A DNA stretch of 41,938 bases from Propionibacteriales bacterium (GCA_038242765.1 JBBSRT010000001.1:1-41938), one strand, 5' to 3'. Positions 1 through 8,798 are shown, numbered from the stretch's first letter. Notes: a model not told the origin generated them from the letters alone. Program-made: numbers and translations.

Positions 1-67
1 GACAGGATTTGAACCTGTGACCTCTGGGTTATGAGCCCAGCGAGCTACCGAGCTGCTCCACCCCGCG
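1..67 (-). tRNA. Initiator tRNA-fMet (anticodon CAT), 3' end cut by the window edge
   Basis: The reverse complement reads CGCGGGGTGGAGCAGCTCGGTAGCTCGCTGGGCTCATAACCCAGAGGTCACAGGTTCAAATCCTGTC. It has a D-arm, an anticodon stem with GGG/CCC flanking the loop CTCATAA, and a T-arm GGTTCAAATCC. C at position 1 is typical of bacterial initiators. About 10 nt of the acceptor 3' side lie outside the window. Confidence 0.9.
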
Positions 68-79
68 TCGCTGTGCACA

Positions 80-108
80 ACCCTAGCGGCTGCGTTGCCG
101 CCATACAA
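80..108 (-). promoter_or_regulatory. Candidate promoter of the tRNA gene (TTGTAT-N17-TAGGGT)
   Basis: On the minus strand TTGTAT (108-103) is followed by a 17-nt spacer and TAGGGT (85-80, fits TAnnnT). The -10 element ends 12 nt before the mature tRNA 5' end. The palindrome TGTGCACA (72-79) lies between them. Confidence 0.4.
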
Positions 109-148
109 ATCGGCCCAAGATTCGGCCGCCGCCCGAGTGTTTCTGTCA

Positions 149-176
149 CCGCCCACGTGTTGAAACACGTGGGCGG
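149..176 (-). terminator. Perfect 12-bp stem / 4-nt loop hairpin after the UPF0182 gene
   Basis: The hairpin is CCGCCCACGTGT-TGAA-ACACGTGGGCGG, 37 nt past the stop at 213. It has no U-tract. A second 14-bp palindrome CCACGGGCCCGTGG lies at 187-200. Confidence 0.4.
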
Positions 177-212
177 CGCACAACTACCACGGGCCCGTGG
201 TAAACAGCGGGG

Positions 213-3128
213 CTACTTCTTGGCCTTGTCGATCGCCGACTTGGCGTCCTCGATCGCGCCGTTCATCGCATTGATCCGCTTCTGATATTCGGCGAGGTCA
301 CCCTTCTTCAACGCTTCTTGGGCCTTGTCGTATTCGGAAGTCGCACGGTCCAGAGCCTCGGTTGCGCTCTTGGGCTCGGCCTGCGGCTTGTCACCCGTGG
401 TGCCCTTGTCGGTGCCGGTCTTGCCATTGTCTGATTCATTGCCAGCATTGCCCGCTCCAAGACCGAGCGCAGCTCGCAAAGCCTCATCGAGCGTCTGCCC
501 GTAGCCCACCGCATCACCGAAGGAGGCGATCACGAATTGCAGCACCGGGTAAGTGCCCTCTTGTGCCGTACGACGGATATAGACCGGCTGGACATACAAC
601 AACCCATCACCCACAGGCAGCGACAACAGGTTGCCGTAAAGCACCTCGGTGCCCGCCTGTTTGTACTGCAGCAGAGCCTGCGAGACGCCACGATCAGACT
701 GGAACTGGTTCGCTATCTGGCTCGGACCAGGCACCTGAGTTTCGCTCGGCAGCTGTAAAATCTGGAACTTGCCGTAGGTCTTGTCATCGGAGGCCTCCGA
801 GCCGACCGACACGAACGCCGCGAGGTTTTGCCGGCTATTGGGCGTGTAGACCGTGGTCAGCGCGAACTGCGGAGTCTCCTGACCCGAACGGCTGACCGAC
901 AGGTAGTAGGGCGGCTGCAAAGCGTTGCCCTCGCTGGCCGGATCCTCGGGAACCTTCCAGCGCTCGCCACCTTCATAAAAGGTCTGTGCATCGGTGACGT
1001 GATATTCCTTCAACACATCGCGCTGAACCTTGAAGAGGTCGACCGGATAACGCAAATGCTCCTTCAAAGGTTCGGAGATTTCGGACTTCTTTTCGACCGC
1101 GTCGGGGAATACCTTCATCCAAGTCTTAAGCAGTGGGTCTTTGGTGTCCCACTGATAGAGCTTGACCGAACCGTCATAGGCATCAACAACGGCCTTGACG
1201 GAGTTGCGCATGTAGTTGACCTCATCCTGGGGCAGCACCGCCTGAGCGCCACCCTCGGTTTGGGTATCGGACGTGGCCTTAGCCAGCGAGCGCCGCTGCG
1301 AATACGGGAAGCTGTTGCTGGTCGTGTAAGCATCGACAATCCAGACGACACGGCCTTCGACCACGGCTGGATAGGGGTCACCGTCAGCTGTCAACCAGGG
1401 TGCGACCTTGTTGACACGTTCGCGCGGGTTGCGGTCATACAGAATCTTCGAGTTTTCGTTGACTCGGTTCGACAGGACGATGTTGGGTTCGCCGAACTTG
1501 AAGGCATACAGCGATTTAGTGAAAATGTTGCCAATGCCCACACCGCCCTTGCCGTCATAGGTGTTTTGGGTGGCGTTCTCCTTTGCGTCACCGGATTCGC
1601 CCCCACCACGCGGTGTGTCGACCTCGATGGGAGCGGCACCCTTGGGCCGGCCGACGATCGAATAGTCCGGCGAATTCTGACCAAAGTAAATGCGCGGTGG
1701 CGTTGTGATTTTGATGTCGCCGACCGACGGGATGTCCTTGACCACCCATACCGGTTCGCCCTGGTCACCACGCTTGTTGCCCAGCGCGGCGATGACACCA
1801 TAACCGTGGGTATAGACCGTATGGTCGTTGGCCCAGTTGCGTTGACTCGGTTGCAAGCCGTTGAGGTCGAGTTCACGTGCGGCGATCACGATATCTTGGG
1901 GCTGATCGTTGCCGGGAAGCTTGTAACGGTCGACGTCAAGAGTCGGCGCCACCGAATAGTAGCCGCGCACTTGCTGCAACTGCTCGAAAGCCGGCGCCAC
2001 GAGCGTCGGGTCAAGCAATCGGCTGCTGACCCGCGACTCGGCCGACTGGGTCAACTCGCCCGGGGTCAGGGCGGTCTTCGCCGTATAGTTTTGCGGTTTG
2101 ACCGCTGAAACATCGAAGCCGTCACGCGTGGCGGCAATATTTCGTTTAATGTATGGCGCCTCCTTGTCCGGCTCTGACGGGTCGACCTGGAACGACTGCA
2201 TTAGAGCCGGCCAAATGCCACCGATCAGGATCGACGTCAACACCAGCAGGCCCAGGCCGATGCCCGGCAGCATCCAGGATTTGAAGAAAACGCTGGCAAA
2301 GAACAAGAGCGCACAAACGATCGCGACGGCGATCAGGATGTTTTTGCTCGGAATACGGGCATTCGCATCGGTGTAGGTAATACCATCGACCAGGCCCGAA
2401 CTACTGATGGCGAGTCCGAATCGGTCTAGATAGTAGGACACCGCGCGGATGAGGACGCCGATCCCGACGAGGATCGCCAGGTGGGCGCGCGCCGCGTTGG
2501 TGAACTTCGAGCCGCGGCCGGCAATGCGGATGCCGCCGTACACATAATGCACGAAAGCCACCAACAAGACGCTGACCACGATGAGTGCAAAACCATAGGA
2601 GACCAGGAAACGGAACCACGGGTAGTCAAAGACATAAAAGCTGATGTCCTTGCCGAAGTGCGCGTCTTTCTTGCCAAACGGCGTGCCATTGCGCCACATC
2701 AGGAAGTCTTGCCACCGGCCGGTAGCTACCGAACCGGCAAAGATGCCCAGCACGACTGCTGCAGCGCCAAAAACAGGTTTGATGATGGGAGTCAGGGCAA
2801 CGCGGTAACGGTATGCCGGGTCGTCGCGGCGGGCCGGCGCGGTCGCCGGGCGCATGCGGTAGGCGATGACGATGTTGGCCAGCACCACGGCACCAAAGAT
2901 CAAACCGAGGACGAGGAAGAGGATCACCCGGGTGGAGATGAGCGTGCTGAACACGCCGCCGAAGCCAAGAGCGCCGAACCACAGCCGATCGGTCCACACC
3001 GATGTGAAGATTGACCCCAGGAATAGCAAGGCAGCCAACGTAACGAGCGTGGGGACAAGCACCTTGCGCTTGCGGTCCGCAGAAGGCCGCGGTGCTTGCG
3101 GTGGTGGTGCTCCAAACAGGTCGCTCAC
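213..3128 (-). CDS. UPF0182 family large integral membrane protein (Rv3193c-like)
   Basis: 971 aa. It has several N-terminal TM helices, a large extracytoplasmic region with YTHGYGVIAA-type conserved blocks, and a low-complexity K/A/E-rich tail. It starts at GTG preceded by GGAG. Confidence 0.9.
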   Translation of the reverse strand: MSDLFGAPPPQAPRPSADRKRKVLVPTLVTLAALLFLGSIFTSVWTDRLWFGALGFGGVFSTLISTRVILFLVLGLIFGAVVLANIVIAYRMRPATAPARRDDPAYRYRVALTPIIKPVFGAAAVVLGIFAGSVATGRWQDFLMWRNGTPFGKKDAHFGKDISFYVFDYPWFRFLVSYGFALIVVSVLLVAFVHYVYGGIRIAGRGSKFTNAARAHLAILVGIGVLIRAVSYYLDRFGLAISSSGLVDGITYTDANARIPSKNILIAVAIVCALLFFASVFFKSWMLPGIGLGLLVLTSILIGGIWPALMQSFQVDPSEPDKEAPYIKRNIAATRDGFDVSAVKPQNYTAKTALTPGELTQSAESRVSSRLLDPTLVAPAFEQLQQVRGYYSVAPTLDVDRYKLPGNDQPQDIVIAARELDLNGLQPSQRNWANDHTVYTHGYGVIAALGNKRGDQGEPVWVVKDIPSVGDIKITTPPRIYFGQNSPDYSIVGRPKGAAPIEVDTPRGGGESGDAKENATQNTYDGKGGVGIGNIFTKSLYAFKFGEPNIVLSNRVNENSKILYDRNPRERVNKVAPWLTADGDPYPAVVEGRVVWIVDAYTTSNSFPYSQRRSLAKATSDTQTEGGAQAVLPQDEVNYMRNSVKAVVDAYDGSVKLYQWDTKDPLLKTWMKVFPDAVEKKSEISEPLKEHLRYPVDLFKVQRDVLKEYHVTDAQTFYEGGERWKVPEDPASEGNALQPPYYLSVSRSGQETPQFALTTVYTPNSRQNLAAFVSVGSEASDDKTYGKFQILQLPSETQVPGPSQIANQFQSDRGVSQALLQYKQAGTEVLYGNLLSLPVGDGLLYVQPVYIRRTAQEGTYPVLQFVIASFGDAVGYGQTLDEALRAALGLGAGNAGNESDNGKTGTDKGTTGDKPQAEPKSATEALDRATSEYDKAQEALKKGDLAEYQKRINAMNGAIEDAKSAIDKAKK

Positions 3129-3187
3129 GAGACTCCTTGGTCTATGGGCTAAAACAATGGATGATGCCGAATTCAGTTATGTAGGGG

Positions 3188-3715
3188 TTAGTCTGCCAGT
3201 GTCTGCCTGAGGAGCTCGATGAGCGTCGGCACAAGATCGGGTCCTTCCAACAGTTCTGCAACATCTGTATGGCGGGCACGCACGGTGCTGTGCGCGTTGC
3301 CGTCACGATCGACCGCTGCCACGATGCGCACCTCTTGGCGGTCCGGGTGCTCCGCGACGTAATCGGCGACGGCTTCCTGATCGGCCGGCATCGACTCCTC
3401 TGCTGCTGGAGGCAGCATGATGCGTTCAATCACAGCGGCGCATCCGGTCACCGAGGGCGGCCAGCCGATTTGTTCGAGGGACCGCTCGAAGTCGTCGGCC
3501 GGAGGCAGGTCCTCTTGTTCGACCGGTGTCAATCCTCCTTTGGCAATCTCCTCGTTGCCGCCGATCTCGGCAAGAAGATCCGGCTGCTGGTCAACCAAAT
3601 CTGCGGTGGGCACCAACGCAAATAGCCGCGGCGGCTGATCCCAGCCGGTACCGGCGGCATGAGCCTCGATTTCCAAAGTGACTCGCCTGATCGGAGAGTC
3701 GGGCATCAACTGCAT
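3188..3715 (-). CDS. Conserved actinobacterial hypothetical protein (resembles the PPA1309 family)
   Basis: 175 aa, acidic, with coding-like GC3. It lies between the PDZ protease and UPF0182 genes, as in other actinobacteria. An alternative ATG at 3706 overlaps the upstream stop (TGATG). Confidence 0.55.
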   Translation of the reverse strand: MQLMPDSPIRRVTLEIEAHAAGTGWDQPPRLFALVPTADLVDQQPDLLAEIGGNEEIAKGGLTPVEQEDLPPADDFERSLEQIGWPPSVTGCAAVIERIMLPPAAEESMPADQEAVADYVAEHPDRQEVRIVAAVDRDGNAHSTVRARHTDVAELLEGPDLVPTLIELLRQTLAD

Positions 3716-4782
3716 GTCGGCACTTTCGATTCGGGGTCCTTGGCCAGTCGATCCATCGAGCTGATGGCGTCCTTGAGGTTCTTGACACGCACCAACGTCA
3801 TACCAAAATCATCTCCGCTGGCCGCTTCGGAACAATTCTGACTCGGAACTAGAAAAATCTCGGTCTTGTCGGCGGCTGCACCGGCCATCTTTTGGCGAAT
3901 ACCACCGATGGGCCCGACCGTGCCCGCACTATCGATCTCGCCGGTGCCGGCGACTCTTTGCCCGCCGGTCAACTTTCCGGGAGTGAGTTTGTCGTAGATT
4001 GCCAGCGCAAACATCGCTCCGGCACTGGGTCCGCCGATCTCGTGGCCCACGTTGTTGGTGACTTTGATCGGGAAGGTGAAGTCTTGTTTGATGCCGATGC
4101 CGACCCGGGCAACCGATTTACGACCCGGTACCGCAGCGGTCGTCATCGTGACGGTTTTGGCGTTGCCGTCTCGACGTATTTTCACCGTGGTCGACTCGCC
4201 GGGCTTGTGCTGCCTGATCCGTTTTGACACCCCGGCGGCGTCGGCAACCTTTTTGCCGTCAACGGCCAACAAAACGTCTCCGGCCACCAGTTCGCCTCGT
4301 GCCGGCCCGTCTTTGGCGACCGAAGCCACCACAGGCATCTGATCGACGACGTAACCCGCGGCGCGCAAACCCGCTGCGGTGGAGCTGTCCTTCGAATTCG
4401 TCAGCTGCGCAGCCGATTCAGCCGTAGACTGCTTTTGGTTCTGCCCATCGGGATAGACCAGATCACGGGGCACAACGGCATTCCGCTTGTCGAAAAAGAC
4501 CTGCATCGCGGTGGACAGACGCACCTTGGTGTCCGCGCGACTAACCGAAACGGTCGTGAAGTCCAGCGTGCCGGCCGTGGGATAGGTTTTGACGCCGCTG
4601 CCGAACGTGATCATCGCCTTGTCGTCGAAGGAGCCCAGGGTGTTGAACACCGGCCCGGGCTTCAACGTCACATACGGCACCGGCAGCAGGAACGCGACGC
4701 AGGTAAGAGCCACCAAGGAAAGAGCGGCAACGACCAGCGTGCTGTAACGACGACTCATCGGCCGCTGATCGGGTGAAGACAC
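3706..4782 (-). CDS. PDZ domain-containing Lon-like (S16) serine protease, membrane anchored (Rv3194c-like)
   Basis: It has an N-terminal TM anchor and a PDZ segment (GDVLLAVDGKKV). The C-terminal Lon-protease-type motif is GGPSAGAMFALAIYDKL. Confidence 0.85.
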   Translation of the reverse strand: MSSPDQRPMSRRYSTLVVAALSLVALTCVAFLLPVPYVTLKPGPVFNTLGSFDDKAMITFGSGVKTYPTAGTLDFTTVSVSRADTKVRLSTAMQVFFDKRNAVVPRDLVYPDGQNQKQSTAESAAQLTNSKDSSTAAGLRAAGYVVDQMPVVASVAKDGPARGELVAGDVLLAVDGKKVADAAGVSKRIRQHKPGESTTVKIRRDGNAKTVTMTTAAVPGRKSVARVGIGIKQDFTFPIKVTNNVGHEIGGPSAGAMFALAIYDKLTPGKLTGGQRVAGTGEIDSAGTVGPIGGIRQKMAGAAADKTEIFLVPSQNCSEAASGDDFGMTLVRVKNLKDAISSMDRLAKDPESKVPTCS

Positions 4783-4818
4783 AGGTGAAGCCTAAAGTGC
4801 AGGACCAAGATGACCGCC

Positions 4819-5235
4819 TCAGACCCAGACAGCATCGCCTGAAACAAATCGTTGATGCTTCCAGATGGGCACGACGGTCTTGAGCTCATCGATGAGCTGG
4901 CGACAGGCATCGAAAGCTTGTGCTCGGTGCGCAGCCGATACGGCAACCACAACGGCCAGGTCACCAATCTCGAGGTCACCGACTCGATGGATCGCGGCAA
5001 GAGCAACCACGTCGACGTCCTCACCGATGCGTTCGGCCACCGCATTCAGTTGTGCCTTCGCGGTCGGGTGCGCCGAATAGCCCAGCATTTCGACCTGCCG
5101 TTCTTCATCAACGTCGCGGACCGTGCCCACAAAAAGGGCGACTCCGCCGGCCGCGGGATCATTCACTGCGCTGTAGGCCTCGTCGATGCTTAGCGCTGTG
5201 TCACGGACATCTATCAGTCGGACTTTGGTACTCAC
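4819..5235 (-). CDS. moaE: Molybdopterin synthase catalytic subunit MoaE
   Basis: Motifs seen: GGVALFVGTVRD, HRVGDLEIGDLAVVVAVSAAHR and PIWKHQ. I chose the GTG at 5235. The longer 232-aa ORF in the track extends into a poly-Val artefact antisense to the neighbouring gene. Confidence 0.8.
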   Translation of the reverse strand: MSTKVRLIDVRDTALSIDEAYSAVNDPAAGGVALFVGTVRDVDEERQVEMLGYSAHPTAKAQLNAVAERIGEDVDVVALAAIHRVGDLEIGDLAVVVAVSAAHRAQAFDACRQLIDELKTVVPIWKHQRFVSGDAVWV

Positions 5236-5283
5236 CGAGTCAAGACTACCGGCCCCAACCACCGACCGGCTAAATTTATCCGT

Positions 5284-6648
5284 ATGGCAGCAGCGGATGA
5301 CCACGACAACGACGACAACGACAACGACAAAACGCCGACGAACCCGTTCGCGGGCACCCCGATGGAGCAAATGTTCGCCGCCTTCAGCGGTGGTGGCGGC
5401 GCCATGCCCGACATGGGCCAGATGATGGCGCAGGTGCAGCGGATGTTCACTCCGCACGAAGGCACGATCGACAAAGACGTCGTCAAGGATGTTGCACGCC
5501 ATGCTTTGGTGGCGCAAGGCGAGGACCTGACGCCCAACGCGTTGCAGCAGCGGGCGGTCTCAGATGCGGTGCGACTTGCCGAGTTGTGGCTCGATGAGGC
5601 CACCGACTTTCGTGCCGGCGCGACAACGTCTGCGGCATGGAGCCGAGCCGAATGGGTCGACTCGACCACGGCGACCTGGCATCAACTCGTCGAGCCGATC
5701 GCAGAACACGTGGTCGCGGCGATGGGCAAAGCGGTGCCCGAGGAAGCCAAAGCGATGGCCGGTCCCCTCTTGGGCATATTGACTCAGGCCGGCGGCGCAA
5801 TGTTTAGCCAACAGGTCGGCCAAGCTTTGGGCGAACTTGCCGGCGAAGTTGTCTCGTCAACAGATGTGGGGTTGCCCCTCGGACCCACCGGTGTTGCCGC
5901 AATCCTTCCATCGGGTGTCGAAAAGTTTGGCGAAGGTCTTGAGCACAGCGCCACCGACGTCTTGCTGTATGTCGCCTTGCGCGAGTGTGCGCACCACCGA
6001 CTCTTTCAGCATGCTGGCTGGCTTCGTTCGAGGCTAATCAGCTCGATCGAGGAGTTCGGCAGCGGAACGACGATCGACATCGCTGCAATCGAGTCGCAAT
6101 TGCAGTCGATTGATCCGATGCGTCCCGAACAGATACAAGAGGTCCTTGCCGGTGGATTGTTCGAACCGCAACGCACGCCTGCGCAACAGGCCGCTCTTGA
6201 CCGGTTGGAGACGCTGCTTGCGCTCATCGAAGGGTGGGTCGACGAAGTCGTGACGCAGGCCACGATCGACCGGATGCCCGCGGCGACCCCGTTGGCTGAG
6301 GCGATGCGGCGCAGGCGCGGTGCTGGCGGACCGGCCGAACAAACGTTTGCTTCGCTTGTGGGTCTTGAATTGCGGCCCCGGCGTCTTCGCGAGGCCAGCA
6401 ATCTGTGGGCGGCATTGCGTGACCGTCAGGGTTCCGCCGCACGTGATGCCGTGTGGGCACACCCTGATCTTATGCCTGAAGCTGGCGATCTCGACGACCC
6501 GATGGGTTTTGCTACAGGCGACACCGGCGATGCAGCCAGCAGCGCCGACTTTGATGCCGCACTGGACCGATTGCTTGACCAAGAACCGCCCCGCGATGCG
6601 CCGAGCGGCGACACCGGATCCGATGATGAGGACCCACCCCTGAAGTGA
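5284..6648 (+). CDS. DUF2342-type 'zinc-dependent metalloprotease'-like protein (Rv3195-like)
   Basis: 454 aa. It has an N-terminal PF(A/G)G..M motif region and an acidic disordered C-terminus. The expected HExxH position reads RECAH. Its stop overlaps the next start (GTGA). Confidence 0.7.
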   Translation: MAAADDHDNDDNDNDKTPTNPFAGTPMEQMFAAFSGGGGAMPDMGQMMAQVQRMFTPHEGTIDKDVVKDVARHALVAQGEDLTPNALQQRAVSDAVRLAELWLDEATDFRAGATTSAAWSRAEWVDSTTATWHQLVEPIAEHVVAAMGKAVPEEAKAMAGPLLGILTQAGGAMFSQQVGQALGELAGEVVSSTDVGLPLGPTGVAAILPSGVEKFGEGLEHSATDVLLYVALRECAHHRLFQHAGWLRSRLISSIEEFGSGTTIDIAAIESQLQSIDPMRPEQIQEVLAGGLFEPQRTPAQQAALDRLETLLALIEGWVDEVVTQATIDRMPAATPLAEAMRRRRGAGGPAEQTFASLVGLELRPRRLREASNLWAALRDRQGSAARDAVWAHPDLMPEAGDLDDPMGFATGDTGDAASSADFDAALDRLLDQEPPRDAPSGDTGSDDEDPPLK

Positions 6649-7199
6649 CCCTGCACGAAGACGCTGTGGCCGTCCTCGGCCGATGGATTGCGCCGACAGT
6701 TGCGCAGGAGCGGCTCCGGCGCGTCTATCTCGACCACCTAGAGTTGCGCCCCGATGCGATGAGTCGCCATTGCCATCCCGACCACATCACGGCAAGCGTG
6801 CTTGTCTTTTCGGCCGGCCACGACCGGGTTCTACTCACGCTACACAAAATCGCCCGCCGTTGGCTCCAAACCGGCGGCCATTGTGAACCCTCCGATCAAC
6901 GACTTGTTGATGCCGCTTTGCGTGAAGGCAACGAAGAGACCGGCATCAACGATCTGCGCATCGACACCGAGCCGGTCCTGCTGTCTTGGCATGAGGTGCC
7001 AAATTGTGGGCCACTTCGCCCTTCGCACCACCTTGATGTGCAATATGTCGCTGTCGCCGCGCCGCGGGCGCTGCACAAGATCAGTGACGAATCAGATGAC
7101 CTGCAATGGTTTGATGTGACCGCGTTGCCCGCCAACACCGACGACTCGGTACGTGAGCTCACTGCTGCGTGTGTGCGACGCCTTCAAGAAAACCTTTAG
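6645..7199 (+). CDS. NUDIX hydrolase
   Basis: The Nudix box is GGHCEPSDQRLVDAALREGNEETGI. The GTG start overlaps the upstream stop by 4 nt. Confidence 0.85.
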   Translation: MTLHEDAVAVLGRWIAPTVAQERLRRVYLDHLELRPDAMSRHCHPDHITASVLVFSAGHDRVLLTLHKIARRWLQTGGHCEPSDQRLVDAALREGNEETGINDLRIDTEPVLLSWHEVPNCGPLRPSHHLDVQYVAVAAPRALHKISDESDDLQWFDVTALPANTDDSVRELTAACVRRLQENL

Positions 7200-7650
7200 C
7201 ACGCTCGGCTTTTGGGTAACGGTTGACCAACTCCCAAAAAGCCCGGCCATGATTTGGCTCAATCAGGTGAGCGAGCTCGTGCATCAGTACCGCTTCGATG
7301 ACCCATGTGGGCATCGGCTGCAACCGGTGCGAAAGCCGAATCGCCTTCTCCTGGGTGCTGCACGAACCCCAACGGGAGTTTTGGTTGGTCACCCAGCGCA
7401 ACGTGTTCGGTGTGGCCGCACCGGAAAAATAGGTGCGGTTCAATGTCGCAGCCAGCCCCGCCAGGGCCTCGTTGCTCATGGCAGCAGACCTCTCTTTGCG
7501 GTCCAGTCGTTCGACTAGGGAAGCAATATGGCGGTCTTCCTCGTTCTTGGACAAATGTGCCGGCATCAGGATGACTGTCTTGTCTCCCTCCCGGCGGGCA
7601 CTGATCGAGCGCTTTCGACGTGCGCTTCGCCGCACCTCAATCTCGTCCAC
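7159..7650 (-). CDS. YgjP/DUF45 (M48-like) metal-dependent hydrolase
   Basis: Motifs seen: WGSCS...IRLSHRL and HELAHLIEPNHGRAFW (HExxH). Confidence 0.8.
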   Translation of the reverse strand: MDEIEVRRSARRKRSISARREGDKTVILMPAHLSKNEEDRHIASLVERLDRKERSAAMSNEALAGLAATLNRTYFSGAATPNTLRWVTNQNSRWGSCSTQEKAIRLSHRLQPMPTWVIEAVLMHELAHLIEPNHGRAFWELVNRYPKAERAKGFLEGVAHTQQ

Positions 7651-7829
7651 ACGTCGAGACTATCGCCCGCGTTCGACAACTATTTTCTGTGCACACAACA
7701 CCCTCGACGTTTGCGCAGGTGAGAGGTAACACGCCGGAACAGATCAGTGCTTCGTGCACATGTTTTCCACCGGGGCTTCCGGCGCTTTCCACACCGGTCC
7801 CGGGCGGTTCCCACAAACAATGCACAGGT

Positions 7830-7849
7830 TTATCCACAGGGGTGGACAA
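7830..7849. promoter_or_regulatory. Inverted pair of DnaA-box-like 8-mers
   Basis: The sequence is TTATCCAC-aggg-GTGGACAA, with arms differing at one position, 42 nt upstream of the ATG at 7891. TTATCCACA (7830-7838) equals the classical DnaA box. The reverse complement of the second arm is TTGTCCAC. Confidence 0.3.
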
Positions 7850-7890
7850 GCGGTTCGCCAGAACGGCACACAGGGCGCAAGCTATGGGCT

Positions 7891-8781
7891 ATGGGAATAC
7901 GACCAGCCATCCGTCCCGGGGCCGTACTCTTGCGCCGCAACCGCGATCATCTGCAGATCGGGACCGCTCCGGGTTTCGTCATTCGCGACCAACCCGGCCT
8001 CATGGCGCTATTGCGAATGTTCGACGGCACACGCACCATCGAGGCCTTGGCGGCGACAATCAACGACAACGTGCCCGAGTTTGACGGCAACATACACACG
8101 GTAGTCAGCGAGTTGTCCACCGCCGGAGTCGTCTGTGATGCCCGTTCATGGGAGTTTCCCGGTCACCCGGAGTTGAGCACGGAAGCGCGTTGCCGATGCG
8201 CGGCTGGCCTGCCGGTTGCTCCAATCCAGCGCCGGGCCACCTATAGAGCCGCACTGGTCCACGATGAATCGACGAAGTCGCTAGCCTCGATCGTGGCGCT
8301 GATCCTTCAGCAATCGGGAGTGCAGACCGACCGCTGCGAGGACGCTGACCTCACCGTCGTCTTCAGCCTCGGCGAACCGGCACGATCATTAACCGACAAC
8401 GCCAGACGCAGCACAATTGACCATTTGCTGGTCGTCATCGACGAAGAACGGATTCGCATCGGCCCACTTATCCGGCCCGGTCAGACACCGTGCATGCATT
8501 GCTATGACCTGCACCGCACCGATTGGGATCGGGCGTGGCCGGCTCTTGCCACCCAATTTGGCCGACCTCACCGCACCATCGTCACGCCGCCGGCCGTGTC
8601 GTCGACGACCGCGCATACGGCTGCAGCGGAGGTCGCGGCAAACGTGCTTACCCATTGCGACAGCAATAACCTCGGTGACGCCGGCCGGATCACGGCCATC
8701 GGTCCGACCCAGACTGATCGCGCGCAATGGCAGGTGAATTTCCACCCCGCTTGTGGCTGCGCACTGCTAAATGTGGCGTAG
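7891..8781 (+). CDS. E1-like / TOMM leader-peptide-binding (cyclodehydratase docking)-like protein, orphan (Rv3196-like)
   Basis: The N-terminus IRPGAVLLRRNRDHLQIG...LLRMFDGTRTIEAL resembles the winged-helix RiPP-recognition region of this family. Further motifs are PCMHCYDLHRTDWDRAWPAL and a C-terminal HPACGC. The ATG at 7891 was preferred over the track start at 7747. Confidence 0.55.
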   Translation: MGIRPAIRPGAVLLRRNRDHLQIGTAPGFVIRDQPGLMALLRMFDGTRTIEALAATINDNVPEFDGNIHTVVSELSTAGVVCDARSWEFPGHPELSTEARCRCAAGLPVAPIQRRATYRAALVHDESTKSLASIVALILQQSGVQTDRCEDADLTVVFSLGEPARSLTDNARRSTIDHLLVVIDEERIRIGPLIRPGQTPCMHCYDLHRTDWDRAWPALATQFGRPHRTIVTPPAVSSTTAHTAAAEVAANVLTHCDSNNLGDAGRITAIGPTQTDRAQWQVNFHPACGCALLNVA

Positions 8782-8798
8782 TTGCCTATCCTTGCCTT

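Noticed and set aside
1-212. tRNA gene at the window edge as a possible integration site of a mobile element.
   Set aside because: There is no integrase, no duplicated tRNA 3' end and no compositional break in the adjacent sequence. The neighbouring genes are conserved core genes.
828-2108. Long antisense or alternative-frame ORFs: 828-2108 (+), 36599-38008 (+), 23920-24903 (-), 10474-11718 (-), 20101-20961 (+) and many shorter ones.
   Set aside because: They lie opposite or out of frame to genes with clear family motifs. Their Arg/Ala/Gly/Pro-rich composition is typical of shadow ORFs in high-GC DNA, and I recognised no motifs in them.
4819-5517. 232-aa version of the MoaE ORF containing a run of ten valines.
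   Set aside because: The MoaE homology begins near the GTG at 5235. The upstream extension overlaps the divergent gene, and the poly-Val is just the antisense of its GAC/AAC repeat.
7754-8104. Cys/Ser/Thr-rich 116-aa ORF upstream of and overlapping the E1-like gene, considered as a possible RiPP precursor.
   Set aside because: Most of it overlaps the E1-like coding region in another frame. The composition is what an off-frame read of GC-rich coding DNA gives, and there is no Shine-Dalgarno sequence or leader-like region.
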